Shown: positions 1 through 10,590 of the stretch, one piece after another
Position numbering within the stretch: position 1 is the stretch's first letter
Layout: each line of letters opens with the position of its first letter
Source: Lama guanicoe
Lineage: Eukaryota
Assembly (NCBI GenBank): GCA_013239625.1
Contig: MU053487.1
Location: 949,058 to 1,013,057, forward strand
Reading direction: 5' to 3'
Length of the DNA stretch: 64,000 bases
Program-made: the position numbers and the translations under genes
Notes under the pieces: model-generated
Database searches by the model: none
Seen by the model: the letters and a program-made list of their open reading frames with translations, nothing else
Told to the model about the DNA's origin: nothing

Positions 1-354
1 CTTTTGGCTTTCTGGAAGAGGGTTTTCACCTTTTCCCTCTTGTTTCAGCAGAAGAGGTATTCCTCTTTTCTATCTAGCAGTTATTCCTCTGCTGAGTCAT
101 TTTCCATCTACACCTCTTCTTCCTCTCCCTGGCCTCTCCTACGAGCACTTAAACATGCTTAGTTTTATGTGTGTCTCATGGTACAAAGGAACAAAGCTGT
201 CTGGTTGTCCTACATTCTCCTGAGATGATGGTCTTTTCTCCTCCTCCTTTAATTCTGGGATTCCTGGTTGCATCCTCTGCATTTGCCCCTTTCCCATTGT
301 CTCCTCGATCTTGTGCAGTTCTGCCCTTACCAGTCTCAAGGCTGTTCCTACTGC

Positions 355-569
355 TCCCTCTGTGTCTCTCCCTAGTCCCCTGGGGACTACCATTCTATCC
401 TCTACTTCTTTATCTTTGACTACTTTAGATGCATCATGAGAGAGGAATAACACAGCGTTTGCCTTCTTGTGATGGACTTATTTCTCTTAGTGTAATGCCT
501 TCCATGTTGTCATAGATGATAGGATTAGGATTTCCTTCTTTTTTAATGCTGAATTATATTCCACTGTAT
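355..569 (-). mobile_element. L1 (L1MA/MB-type) 3' UTR fragment, inverted part of a 5'-inverted insertion
   Basis: Typical antisense L1 3'UTR text: 'gacttatttctcttagtgtaatgccttcc', 'tttccttcttttttaatgctgaattatattccactgtat'. Confidence 0.75.
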
Positions 570-895
570 CATCTCATGTTAAGTGTTCTTACTATAGCAG
601 AAAGAAAGAAAAAGAAAAGCAGGAAGGCAGAAAGGCAGAAAGAAAGAGGAAGAAGGAAGGAAGGAGAGAAAGAAAGTAGAAGGGAAGGAAGAAAGGAAGG
701 AAGGAAAAAAGGAAGAAAAAAAAGAAAACAAAGGGACACAAGGAAACTGTGGTGATGATGGATATATTTATTAACAGGATTGTGGTGATGGCAACACAGT
801 TGTGTGCATATGTTCAAACTTACCAAATTGTACACATCAACCATATGTGCAGTTTTTTAGTATACCAATTATACCTCAGTAAAGCTGGGGAAAAA
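570..895 (+). mobile_element. L1 (L1MA10/MB-type) 3' terminus
   Basis: 'atctcatgttaagtgttcttacta...gattgtggtgatgg...aaattgtacacat...caattatacctcagtaaagctg', the recalled old-L1 3' end, then an A-rich tail. Confidence 0.8.
598..733 (+). repeat. GA-rich low-complexity/(GGAA)n tract inside L1
   Basis: Nearly pure purine run, e.g. gaaggaaggaaggagagaaagaaag. Confidence 0.9.
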
Positions 896-1156
896 TAACA
901 TAGCTATTACAAGACACAGTACCTATTTAAATAATAGTTGCATGCATGAAAAATAGAGCTGTCCCTGCTGAGAACACTAGTAACCTCTTTGTTGTTAACT
1001 CCTGCAACCTCTCTTCAGACTTATCTTACTCGAGCCTTCTACAGCACTTGATGTGGGAAACTAGTCCATTGTTCTCCAAAGTCTGTTCCCTTGGAGAACA
1101 TACTCTCGGGCTTTCTGCATACACCTCTCCAGCTAAGCTGTGGTTAGCTGGATCTC

Positions 1157-1300
1157 TGGTAGATTGCATAAATGGCTTCAGTAATCTCTACCATTCCAGT
1201 GTGTATGCCCATAGGACTTTGCTGATACTCCATCAAAAGATGGTGTTTATTTCTGCATCCATTGAATCTGGGCATGGTCACATGAGTTGCTTTAAGGAAA
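1157..1300 (+). mobile_element. MaLR MLT1-type LTR 5' fragment
   Basis: 'tggtagattgcataaatggcttca...ttgaatctgggcatggtcacatgagttgcttt' resembles the old MLT1 5' end. Confidence 0.55.
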
Positions 1301-1349
1301 TTAGCAAACAGGATTCATCAATAAGTTTGCCTTCTTCCTCTCAAATGTA

Positions 1350-3010
1350 ATAAGTTTAAAATACTTTATTCCCAAATAGTCTCCCAGAATTGATTTGGTT
1401 TGATATTGTTACTTAAAAACTTTTTGTATCTTATTCATATAGTCTATCATGGAAATGGGACACTGTTATCATTGTTTTATGAGTTAGATATTCTTAGGTT
1501 TACCTAGAATTCATCCTTTGCTCACTATGCTTTATTAAATCTTCAGTCTTTTGTTTGAAATCATTTTCCATCTTTCTAAAGTGTTTTCTTTAAAAGTTCC
1601 TTTAGTGAAGATCTGTTGGAAATAAACCAGTTTTCATTTGTCTGTAACTGCCTTTATCTCACCCTCATTCTTTAAATATTGTCTTGATGGTTATACAATT
1701 CCCAGTTGACAGATATTTTACTTAAGCAATATAAGTGGATTCCATTGTTGCTACTGGGAGCCATTCATCATTCTAAGTGTCATGACACTGGAGGTAAGCT
1801 GTTTTTCTCTGGGTACCTGAAAAGTCTTTCTGTGTTCCTTGGTGTTTGGCAGATTTATTGCACTTGCACTGTACCTCAGTCTGGGCTTCTTTTTAGTTAT
1901 TCTATTAAGACTAGGGATCAGAGAATCGTGCCTTTCATCAATTCTTGAAACTTTTGGGCGATTATCTCTCTAAATATCATTTATCTACCAACTCATTATC
2001 TCTTTTCAGAATTCCTGTTGGGCATGTCTTAGATCTCATTGCTTTATTTTCAATGTCTCTTGACCTCTGATTTATACTTTTTATTTTTGTGAAATATTAT
2101 ATATTATTTTTTTTTCATCTGTCTTCCTGTTGAGTAATTTGTTAATTCTGGACTATTTCCAGTTCAGTAATTCTTGCTTCAGCTATGTCTAATCTGTTAT
2201 TCAGCCTACACTTTGAGTTTTTATTTTAATTTACTATACTTTTAATTTCTATAAATTCTCTTTGAATCTTCCTTTCAAATATGCCTAATCATTTTTGAGA
2301 CTTATAATCTTAATCACTTATTTCTTTAAATGTATTACCTATATAATTTATTTGGATTCTAATTCTAACCATTCTAAAATCTGAAGACATCATGCTTTAC
2401 TCTCCTTATCTGGAAAATGGATGTAAAAACAGTTGCTACTCAATGGATTGTTTTGAGGATTGAATGATTAAGTATATATAAATTCCTTAGAAGAGTGCCT
2501 AGCACAGAGTGACCTATACCAGTGTTAGCTACTGTTGCTGTTATCATTGCTGCTACTCTTTGTAGAACTGATTTTGTTCTTTGCTGACTCCCTCCAGGTA
2601 GTTTGTTTTTTTCATGTGTTAAATAATTTTTGATTGTGAGCTCATGTTCCTTAAACTTCATCAGTGGAAATTCTTAAGATGTGTATGTATGTAAGATACG
2701 TTTCTCCAGGGAGGATGTGCATGGCTTTTTCCAATCAATGGGAATACTACCAATCCCAACTAGTTTAAATTAAATTATTACCTTGGATGTTTTCATGCTA
2801 TGTGGACAGTATGAATTCTAGCCCCAGATTTGCCTGAGGATTGGATTGTGGTTGTGAATTCTCAGGGGAGACTTATTTCCCCTTCACCCAGAAATGGAAT
2901 GAGAGAGGCAAACTTCCTTAATGCCATTCTTTGCAAGGTAGTTTCGTTGCTGATTTGCTTGCTGAGTTTTTCACTCTTTAAGTTCCCAGCATTGGTATGG
3001 GTGTCAATGA
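1350..3010 (-). mobile_element. Ancient L1 (L1ME/HAL1-like) ORF1-region fragments, interrupted by a MIR
   Basis: T-rich antisense L1-like text: 'ttcctttagtgaagatctgttgg...ttttcatttgtctg', 'ttcagctatgtctaatctgttatt'. Confidence 0.55.
2395..2535 (+). mobile_element. MIR SINE
   Basis: 'ccttatctggaaaatggatg...ttgttttgaggattgaatga...agagtgcctagcacagagt'. Confidence 0.75.
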
Positions 3011-3211
3011 TTGTGAGTCCCAGTGTGTGATGATCTTGTATCTTCAGGAAGAAGAGAGTGGCCCTGGATCATCTACTAGCTTAAGTAGTTGTTTTTGAGA
3101 GTTCTTTTTTTTTCTGATCACTTTGGAGTAATTTTCTTGCCATTTCATCCCTCCTTTAGAAATGTATGTTGAATAGTCTATCCAGGATTTTTAGACATTT
3201 TGAACTTGGAG

Positions 3212-3420
3212 ATTTTTTTCCATAAAGGGGTAGCTAGTCAATATTTTAGGCTGCATGGGTCATGTGGTCTCCACTGTTACTACTGGCTCTGCTGTTGTAA
3301 CATAAAAGCAGCCATAGACAATTCATGAACAAATGGGGATGATGGTGTTTCCATTAAACTTTCTTGACAAAAGTAGGTGGCAGACTGTGCTTGACCCATG
3401 GACTTGTTTTTCAATCTCTG
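3212..3420 (+). mobile_element. MER58A (hAT-Charlie MITE)
   Basis: Colinear with the recalled MER58A consensus: 'taaagggg...aatattttaggc...aaagcagccatagacaat...gtttccattaaactt'. Confidence 0.85.
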
Positions 3421-5087
3421 TTCTATAACATAGCTGGTAATAGAAGACAGCAGAATAATGTTGCCTCTGAGACTCCAGGGGAGAACCAACATTGCTGCCT
3501 GGTTGAAACTTTCCTTTTTATTTGGAGTTTAAATTCTTAGAGGAGCAAAACCTATAGGTGCTTCCAAGGGGCCAAGTCATGGGGAGAGACGTGGGGTGGG
3601 AGGTTGGGCACAAGCTAGAGTTAGGATGTGGGGGAAAGTTGAAGTGTTTGTTTGTTATCCAGATTCTTTCTGTTAGAAAGATACCAGGTTCTTTCTGATG
3701 TCTCCTACCTGGCACCTGCAATGAGTCCTGCTGGACCACAGATGCTTGGCAATTTTCAAGTTCCTTCCACCCTTCCCCTAGTTCACTAATGTCTGTACAA
3801 CCTCCGAACATACATGCCCCTTCTCTGCTGACAGAGCATCATCCACGTCTGCAGTGGTGGTATAGGCTAGGATAAGTGCTTTTCCTTTTTTCTCAAGCCA
3901 ACTTAGGTCCTCATCGTGAGTTCATGGTATGCTTTTGACTGACTTCATGAGCCTCAACAATAATGTTATTTGTCATATGAACTGAAAGGGGGGTGCAAAG
4001 GGGCAATGGATGTATTTTATTATTTACTGAAATCTAACTATGGAAACATCACAATTTTTGGGAACATAAAGCTTTTGTTGAACTGGTTGCAAAGTCTTAT
4101 GGGTTGGAGATATTTCAAGCCTATTTTAGTGGTACAGGTGCTGAAACTTGTAGGTAGGAATAGACTCTGAGGCTTCAGGTGCAAACAAAGAGTTTTACTG
4201 AGACCCCAGCTCTAAATGTAGTTGCTCAAAAGCTGGGCTTCCCCATTCCCTTCTTTGAAGCACTCTGAAGAGCTGGCATTTCCACAGGCATCTTTGTTAG
4301 TAGTAAGCTGGGAAGGCCTGTCAGCTGAGAGGTTAATTTTGCTAATTAACAGAAAGTACACAGGCCTCAGAAAGCACCTCAGCAGACTGGCAGATTTTCC
4401 CTCTATTTCATCAGGGTGACTTTGAAAAGGTTGCAGGCAAATGGCACCTTTCACTTTAAAAACCTAAATCGTGGCTTTTTAACCATTTGAAAAATTAGAG
4501 TTTGAGAGGCCCATGTTGGTGAGAGGAAGGACAATTTTGGCGTCTTTCAGAAACTTGTCTGGAGTAGCAGAAAGGCTGCATTTTTTAAGTGCATCATTTT
4601 TGTTCTCCCCTCCTTCGTACCTAGCTTTTTCTCCTTCTTTATGCTGATTTTAAAAGCCCTGCTCCATCCTCCTCCCAGTGCAAACCCACGCCTTATCCCT
4701 GGGTCTGTGGTGGAAGAACAGACTGGAAGACATCTGCCTCTTGCCTTATTTTTTTAAATTCCTCCCAACAACAGCGCCAAGTCTCCACAGCAGAGCTCCC
4801 ACTCCCTGAACAAACCAAATGGCGGCTGCTGGCATCCTGGTGACAGCTTGTTAATGGAGGAATCCTTGACAGTGTGACAACCTGTGTGGGCTGCCTCGGG
4901 AAGCCAAGCCCGCCCCCGCACAAACCCCAGTAATTAACAGGTGGGGAGAAATAGCAACTCAGTGCTGCCGAGGAGGGGAAAATACTCACCCAAATGAATT
5001 ATGTGTATAAAAGAATAACTCCAGTTCTGCCGTCCCTTTCTGAGATCTTGTTAGCAGGCTCTACTGGAAAGTGCTTTGCTTGGGGCA

Positions 5088-5101
5088 GGGGGGGGGGGGG
5101 G
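5088..5101 (+). repeat. G14 homopolymer
   Basis: 14 consecutive G, preceded by ggggca. Confidence 0.95.
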
Positions 5102-5107
5102 TGTCAA

Positions 5108-5192
5108 AGGAGCCTGGATTTGAATCTGAGTGTGGCCACCCACCAACTGTATGACTTTGTGAAAATTCCCTGCTCAAATCTCAATTTGCAAA
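5108..5192 (+). mobile_element. MIR fragment
   Basis: 'cctggatttgaatctgagtgtggccacccaccaactgtatgacttt'. Confidence 0.55.
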
Positions 5193-5254
5193 CAGGAACA
5201 CGGTCAGATCCTATTTGAGGAGGCCCCGTCAGAGATACCACATACCGGGTTCCG

Positions 5255-5550
5255 TTGTAAAAATCTCTTTTCGTGGTGATGGATTTGCCAGATTGTTTGT
5301 GTAGTTCTGTCAAGTTTGGATTTTTATATTTTGAGGCAGTGTGTTTTCAGTGCAGTAAGTTTGAAGTAGCTATGTCTTGTCAGTGAATTGGGCCCTTTTA
5401 TCATTAGAAAGAGACCCCTTTTATCTCTAGTTATGCTTTTCGTCTTCAAATTATTTTGTGTGATGTCATTTTATGTGCTGGTAGCTCAGTGTGTGTCTGT
5501 ATGTATATATAATTCCATTTATTTTACAATATTTCTGTGCCCTCATGTTT
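5255..5550 (-). mobile_element. Ancient L1M fragment (ORF2 5' region)
   Basis: 'gtggtgatggatttg...ttttatattttgaggc...ttttatcatta...cctttatctctag'. Confidence 0.55.
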
Positions 5551-5889
5551 CTTGAGGTAAAAAAGGCAGGGTGTAGAGAGAGGGCAGACTCAGGTTGGCT
5601 GTTTCTTGGTCAAGGCAGTCACACAGGTTGGACTGACCCCTCAGACAGCTCCTTTTTCTCTAGCTCCTTGAAGCCCCAAATTTATATATACACACACATT
5701 CTCTGAAAGAAAGCCTCTTGGAGCCTGCATGTGGTGGCACCATTCACGCTGGCCTCTGAACATTTCCCTCAGCTCTGACCTATACTAGGGAAGGATGTAT
5801 AATGATTTTCTTACAACTTATATCTGTAGCTCTTGGTATATTTCCAGAGGCTAAACTTAATTTAGGAGACATTCAAGACTACTTAAAAG

Positions 5890-6050
5890 AATGGTTTCTA
5901 AGCTTCCTTGGGTCTGAGATCCCTTTGTGTATGTGATGAAAGCAATGGACTCTCTGCTCAGAAAAAAATGCACAAATACAAAATTTTCAAACAATTTCAT
6001 CCTATCCTATTACCTCCTAAAGTTCCAGAGGCTCCAGGTAAAGGAACCTT
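5890..6050. mobile_element. Short non-autonomous hAT-Charlie-type MITE (subfamily uncertain)
   Basis: 'tggtttctaagc...atccctttg...tgatgaaagcaatggactctctgctcagaaaaaaatgcaca...ccaggtaaaggaacc'. Confidence 0.5.
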
Positions 6051-6483
6051 TATTTAAATACCCATGTTATAAAAATTAAGGGATAAAAGACAGGAAAAAT
6101 TTATTTAAATGCAAACTTACATGTCAGAATAGCAGACTGTGTAGCCCTGACAGAAAGTCACTGCCTACTTGAGTCTAGGTATAGGTGGGTCAGATTTTCC
6201 AGGAAGAACATGCCCTGAGCTAGCACTGCATGTGGGCACTGGAGACCAAGCTGAGGATTAATCTAAGGGGCAAGAACCAGTGGACCCTATGGCCCCAACT
6301 GAGGCACCCAGGAAACATCCTCCGAGGGAGACTTCCTAAACCAGGGAATGCCCCAGGTTCCCACCGAAGAAAATCCCAACTGAAATAGAAAACACCAAAG
6401 AAACCCACCGTGAGAGATAGTCAGCACATGTGAAAATGGAAGCTGATACGCGAGAAAGCGGAGGTAATAAAGTCAGCTGAAAA

Positions 6484-6934
6484 AGGACACACGCATTTTA
6501 TCGTGCTTCACAGATACTGCACTTTTTACAGATTGAAGGTTTGTGGCAACCCTGAGTGGAGCAAGACTGTTGGCGACATGTAAGTCATTTGCTCACTTCG
6601 TGTCTCTGCTTTAAACCGTTTCATTATGATTTTATTTATCATGGTGATCTGTGATCAGGGATCTTTGATGTTGCTATTGCAAAAAGACTACAGATTGCTG
6701 AAAGCTCAGTTTTTTGCATTTGATGATTTGCATTTTTTTGCAATGAAATATTTTTAATTAAAGTATATACATTGTTTTTTTAAGGCATAATTTTATTGCA
6801 CACTTAATAGACTGCAGTGTAGTGTAAACATAACTTTTATATGCACTGGGAAGCCAAAAAAAAATTAGTTTGCAATCTTCACTTTATTGTAGTGGTCTGG
6901 AACTGAACCTGCAGTGTCTCCGAGGTATGCCTAT
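6484..6934 (+). mobile_element. Internally deleted Tigger1 (TcMar-Tigger) derivative
   Basis: Tigger1 5' part 'ttttatcgtgcttcacagatactgc...gaaggtttgtggcaaccctg' joined to the 3' end 'ttaatagactgcagtgtagtgtaaacataacttttatatgcactggg...tctccgaggtatgccta' followed by TA. Confidence 0.9.
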
Positions 6935-6939
6935 ACTTT

Positions 6940-7445
6940 AATATGTGTATTTAAAATATTCAAAGTTGAAGAAGAAAAGAATCCATAAAAATGAAGATAA
7001 TGGAAGAGGACAGACAAATCTGGAAAAGTAATCATTTTTAGAAATTAAAAACATTGCCATGGATGAGAAGGAACTCTCAAGGATAGTTTAAACAATAGAC
7101 TAGACATGACTAAAGAGTGAATAAATAAAATGAAATAATTAACCGAGGAAATCATCCCGAACACAGAAGAGACGGATGAAAGAGTTGGGAAATATGAAAA
7201 ATAAGGTAAGGAAAGGAGGAGATAGTGTAAGACTTTACCCTAGATACACCGTAGTGAAACTACAACAATTATGCATAAAGAGAAAGTTCTGAAAGTTACT
7301 AAGCAGAGAAGACAGATTACTTAAAGAAGTCACTGTCAGACAAAAGGCAAACTGTCGTCCTCAGTAACACATGCCAGGAAATAAGAAAGAAATAAAAATA
7401 TCTCCAAGGCACTGAGGCAAAATTGTGTGAGTACATATTTTACTA
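6940..7445 (+). mobile_element. Ancient L1/HAL1 ORF1-region fragment
   Basis: A-rich 'gtttaaacaatagactagacatgactaaagagtgaataa...gaggaaatcatccc...cctagatacaccgtagtgaaact'. Confidence 0.55.
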
Positions 7446-7474
7446 ATGTAAATGAGGCAAAAAAAAAAGTAAAA

Positions 7475-8726
7475 CAGAAAAGAGTCTCTTCAATAAATGA
7501 TGCTGGGAAAACTGGATAGCCACATGGAAAAGAATGAAACTAGGTCCTGTCTTACACCATACACAAAAATTAACTCAAAATGAATTAAAGACTTGACTGT
7601 AAGACCTAAAACCATAAAACTCTTAGAAGGAAATACAGGCGGTAAGCTCCCTGACATCAACCTTGGCATTGCATTTTTGGATCTGATGCCGAAAGTGAGG
7701 GCAACAAAAGCAAAACGAAACAAGTGGGACTACATCAAACTAAAAAGTGTATGCACAGCATAGGAAACCATCAACAAAATGAAAAGGCAACCTAGTGGAT
7801 GGGAGAAAATATTTGCAAATCATATCTAATAAAGGATTAATAGACAATATGTAAAGATCTCAAATAACTCAAAAAGCTGATTAAAAAATGAGCAGTGAAT
7901 CTAAATAGAAATTTTTTCCAAAGACAGACTTATGAAATGATGCTCAGCATTGATAATTATCAGGTAAATGCAAATCAAAACCACAATGAGATACCACCTC
8001 ACACCTGCAAGAATGGCTGTTATCAAAAAGACAAGAAATAATATGTGTTGTAAAGTATGTGGAGAAAAGGGAACCCGCATAGGTAGTGGGAATGTAATTT
8101 GGTGTAGCCACTATGGAAAACAGTATGGAGCTTCCTCAACAATTTAAAAATACAACTATCATATGATCCAACAATTCTGCTTCTGGGTATTTTTCCAGAG
8201 AAAACAAAATCACTGATTTGAAAAGGTATATGCGCCCCTATGTTCATTGCAGTATTATTTCAATAGGCAAGATACGGAAACAACCTAAGTGTCTATTGAT
8301 CGATAAATGGATAAAGAAGACGTGGTATATATGTGCAGTGGAATAACAGTTGGTTATGAAAAAGAAGAAAATCTTGCCATTTGTGACAACATGGATGGAC
8401 ATTGAGGGTACTATGCTAAGTAAAATAAATCAAACAAAGGAAGACAAATACTGTATGAGTTCACTTATATGTGGAAACTAAAAAAGCAAAACACGTGAAG
8501 AAACAAAACAAAACTCATAGACACAGAGAGAAGACTCGTGGCTACCAGAGGAGAAGGAGACTCGGGGGGGTGGGCAAAATGGGTGAGGGGGGGTCAATTG
8601 TATGGTGACAGATAACTAGACTTATTGTAGTGATCACTTTGTGGTGTATACAAATATCAAATTATTATGTTGTAAATCTGAAACTAATAGAAAGTTATAT
8701 GCCAGTTTCACCCCTCCTAAAATAAA
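7475..8726 (+). mobile_element. 5'-truncated L1 (ORF2 C-terminal end + 3' UTR), L1MA9/artiodactyl-type
   Basis: 'agtctcttcaataaatgatgctgggaaaactggatagccac', 'atgcaaatcaaaaccacaatgagataccacctcacacc', 'atcttgccatttgtgacaacatggatggac'; ends 'aaataaa'; ORF2 broken by stops and frameshifts. Confidence 0.95.
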
Positions 8727-9025
8727 GAACTTGAACCCAAAACACAAAACCAACATCCACAGGAAATATGCTCAAGTGCTGAGTTTATTCTGGTTGATAA
8801 AAGTAAAAGTGACTGTTAGTTTTGTCTTAATATTTCTGCATTATTCACATTTCCCACAACAAACATGATTTACTTATGTAATAAAAATAAATACTAAAAA
8901 ACAATAATCTGTGTTGAAAGGATAGGAGGGCTATGTCTGTGTCTGATCAAATTAAGCCCATTCTTTAAGGATTAACACCAATGACACTTTATCTATGAGG
9001 CCTTCCTGCGGTTCCTTCACCTCTG

Positions 9026-9316
9026 CAGGGTAGACTCATCCATTAGGCGTAGGGAGCACAATGCCTCGGGCCCATGATAATATTTTAATCTTAAATGCTT
9101 TTAAAGTCAGATGGAGAAGCTGAATATAATAATAGTGAGCATATAATAATGAGTGCAGCCTAGATTGTATTTTAGTTTTGTCTTTATACCAATGTGATGG
9201 TAAAATATCATTTTAAATATATTAAATAAATATATTGTCTTATTTTTAATGCAGAAGGAATCTCATGTATGAAGGCAAAACTGCCCAGGGCCCATGGAAG
9301 TCATAAAGCAGCCCTG
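9026..9316. mobile_element. hAT (Tip100-like) MITE
   Basis: Begins CAGGG (9026), ends CCCTG (9312-9316); subterminal 'tgcctcgggcccatg' and 'tgcccagggcccatg'; AT-rich interior. Confidence 0.55.
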
Positions 9317-9762
9317 TGTCTCAGACTTCCTGTTTTAATTTTGGTTTTCCCAGAGGCAGAATCTGAGAAAAGCCTCTGCTGCCAGATTATTTGGGAAGTG
9401 ACCTTAGCAAGCAGACGTGAGGGAGCTGAGAGAGAGACAGGGAGGGAGGAAAAGCCAATAAAAGCATGTGTTCTTAAGGTCACTGTTGTGGACAACAGGG
9501 TTTAGAATCGCCGAGACCTCCATTCCTAAAGAGGTGCAGAGTGCCTTCCGGTATTCCCACCGGAAAGATGGGCTGCCAGGGTATTTATCTACTGTCTGCT
9601 GTCTTCTGTTTTTGAGCAATGACCCCAAAAGCTGTTAACTCCCTTCAGCAGGGCTTGTATAAGCCGGGTGGCTCCTGGCACTGGAGCAGAAAACCAAGTG
9701 CTATCTCCAGAAGAGATGCTGTGAGCATGAGAGAGAGACTGCATGGTTAAGCACTGCTGAAG

Positions 9763-9858
9763 AAGGTGGGAATATCTCACTGGTAGAGTGCATGCTTAGC
9801 ATGCATGAGGTCCTGGGTTCAAGCCCAGGACCTCCATTAAAAAAAAAAAAAGAAAGAT
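9763..9858 (+). mobile_element. tRNA-derived SINE, vic-1-like (camelid)
   Basis: A-box-like 'tatctcactggtagag', 'gcatgcttagcatgc', B-box 'gggttcaagccc', then 'acctccatt' + poly(A). Confidence 0.85.
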
Positions 9859-9859
9859 T

Positions 9860-10140
9860 TAAGCTCCAAGATTAGGCAAAACAAACCTATGGTGTCAGAA
9901 ATACAAAGTAAGAAAGTAGTTGCCTTTGGAGGGTGGCTGAGGGAAATGGCTGGAAAGGGGCATGAAAGGACCTTCTATGGTGATAAAAATATTTTCTATA
10001 TTGTTTTGTTAGACGTCATAGTGTATAAAATTGTTAGAACGCCTTAAACTGGACATTTAAGATATGTGAATTTTATTGAATGTTAATAACACCTCAATAA
10101 AAACAAATACAAAGTAAATTAAAAGCAAAAACAAAAACAA
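9860..10140 (+). mobile_element. Old L1 (L1MC/MD/ME-type) 3' terminus
   Basis: 'aggcaaaacaaacctatggtgtcagaa...gtagttgcctttggag...ggaaaggggcatgaaaggaccttct...atttaagatatgtgaattttattg...cctcaataaaaa' + A-rich tail. Confidence 0.8.
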
Positions 10141-10189
10141 AAACACAGCTGAAACTGAAACCAGACTGAGGCCAAGGCAATGTGACTCA

Positions 10190-10425
10190 AAAGACCAGAT
10201 ATGTCTCCTGCAGTTTCCCTGAAATCAATCTCCTGTAATCCTTATGTTCCCCAACTATTTTATTCACACGTCTGTACCAGCTCATTTTACAGCCAGCCAT
10301 GTTTCACGCATCTTCTCATTCCTTTTATACTTGAAATATAAATTCCTTGAGGTCATGAATCACGCTCATGGCACAGAACAAGGCACCTAGTAGGTACTCA
10401 ATACATACTTTCGATTAAATTGAAC
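10190..10425 (+). mobile_element. L2 3' end fragment
   Basis: 'aaatataaattccttgaggtca...acaaggcacctagtaggtactcaatacata...attaaattgaa'. Confidence 0.55.
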
Positions 10426-10429
10426 TAAG

Positions 10430-10590
10430 AGGGTTCTGGATTAGGATTTAAGAGAACGGAATTCCAGCCCCCGATCTGCAGCTAACACACTGTGTGATGT
10501 CGAGTAACCCCTCAGTCTCCTTGGATCTCGTAACTATATCTATAAAATGAGGAGTGTGTACAAGATCTTCTCCAAGGACCACTCTGGATC
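10430..10590 (+). mobile_element. MIR/MIR3 SINE
   Basis: 'attccagcccccgatctgcagctaacacactgtgtga...atctataaaatgagg'. Confidence 0.6.

Larger units (their letters stand above)
9330..10212 (-). mobile_element. ERVL LTR33-like solo LTR, interrupted (9762-10140) by SINE + L1 3' end
   Basis: 'ggttttcccagaggcagaatctgag...attatttgggaagtga...aagccaataaaag...ggggtatttatc'; resumes after 10140 and ends 'tatgtctcctgca'; similar to the copy at 20366-20808. Confidence 0.65.

Noticed and set aside
516..844. K/R/E-rich and F/L/S-rich ORFs
   Set aside because: They are translations of the GA-rich simple repeat inside an L1.
9763..9835. tRNA gene (also at 18960, 30775 and 38640)
   Set aside because: These have diverged stems, A-rich tails and in some cases TSDs, so they are SINE copies rather than functional tRNAs.
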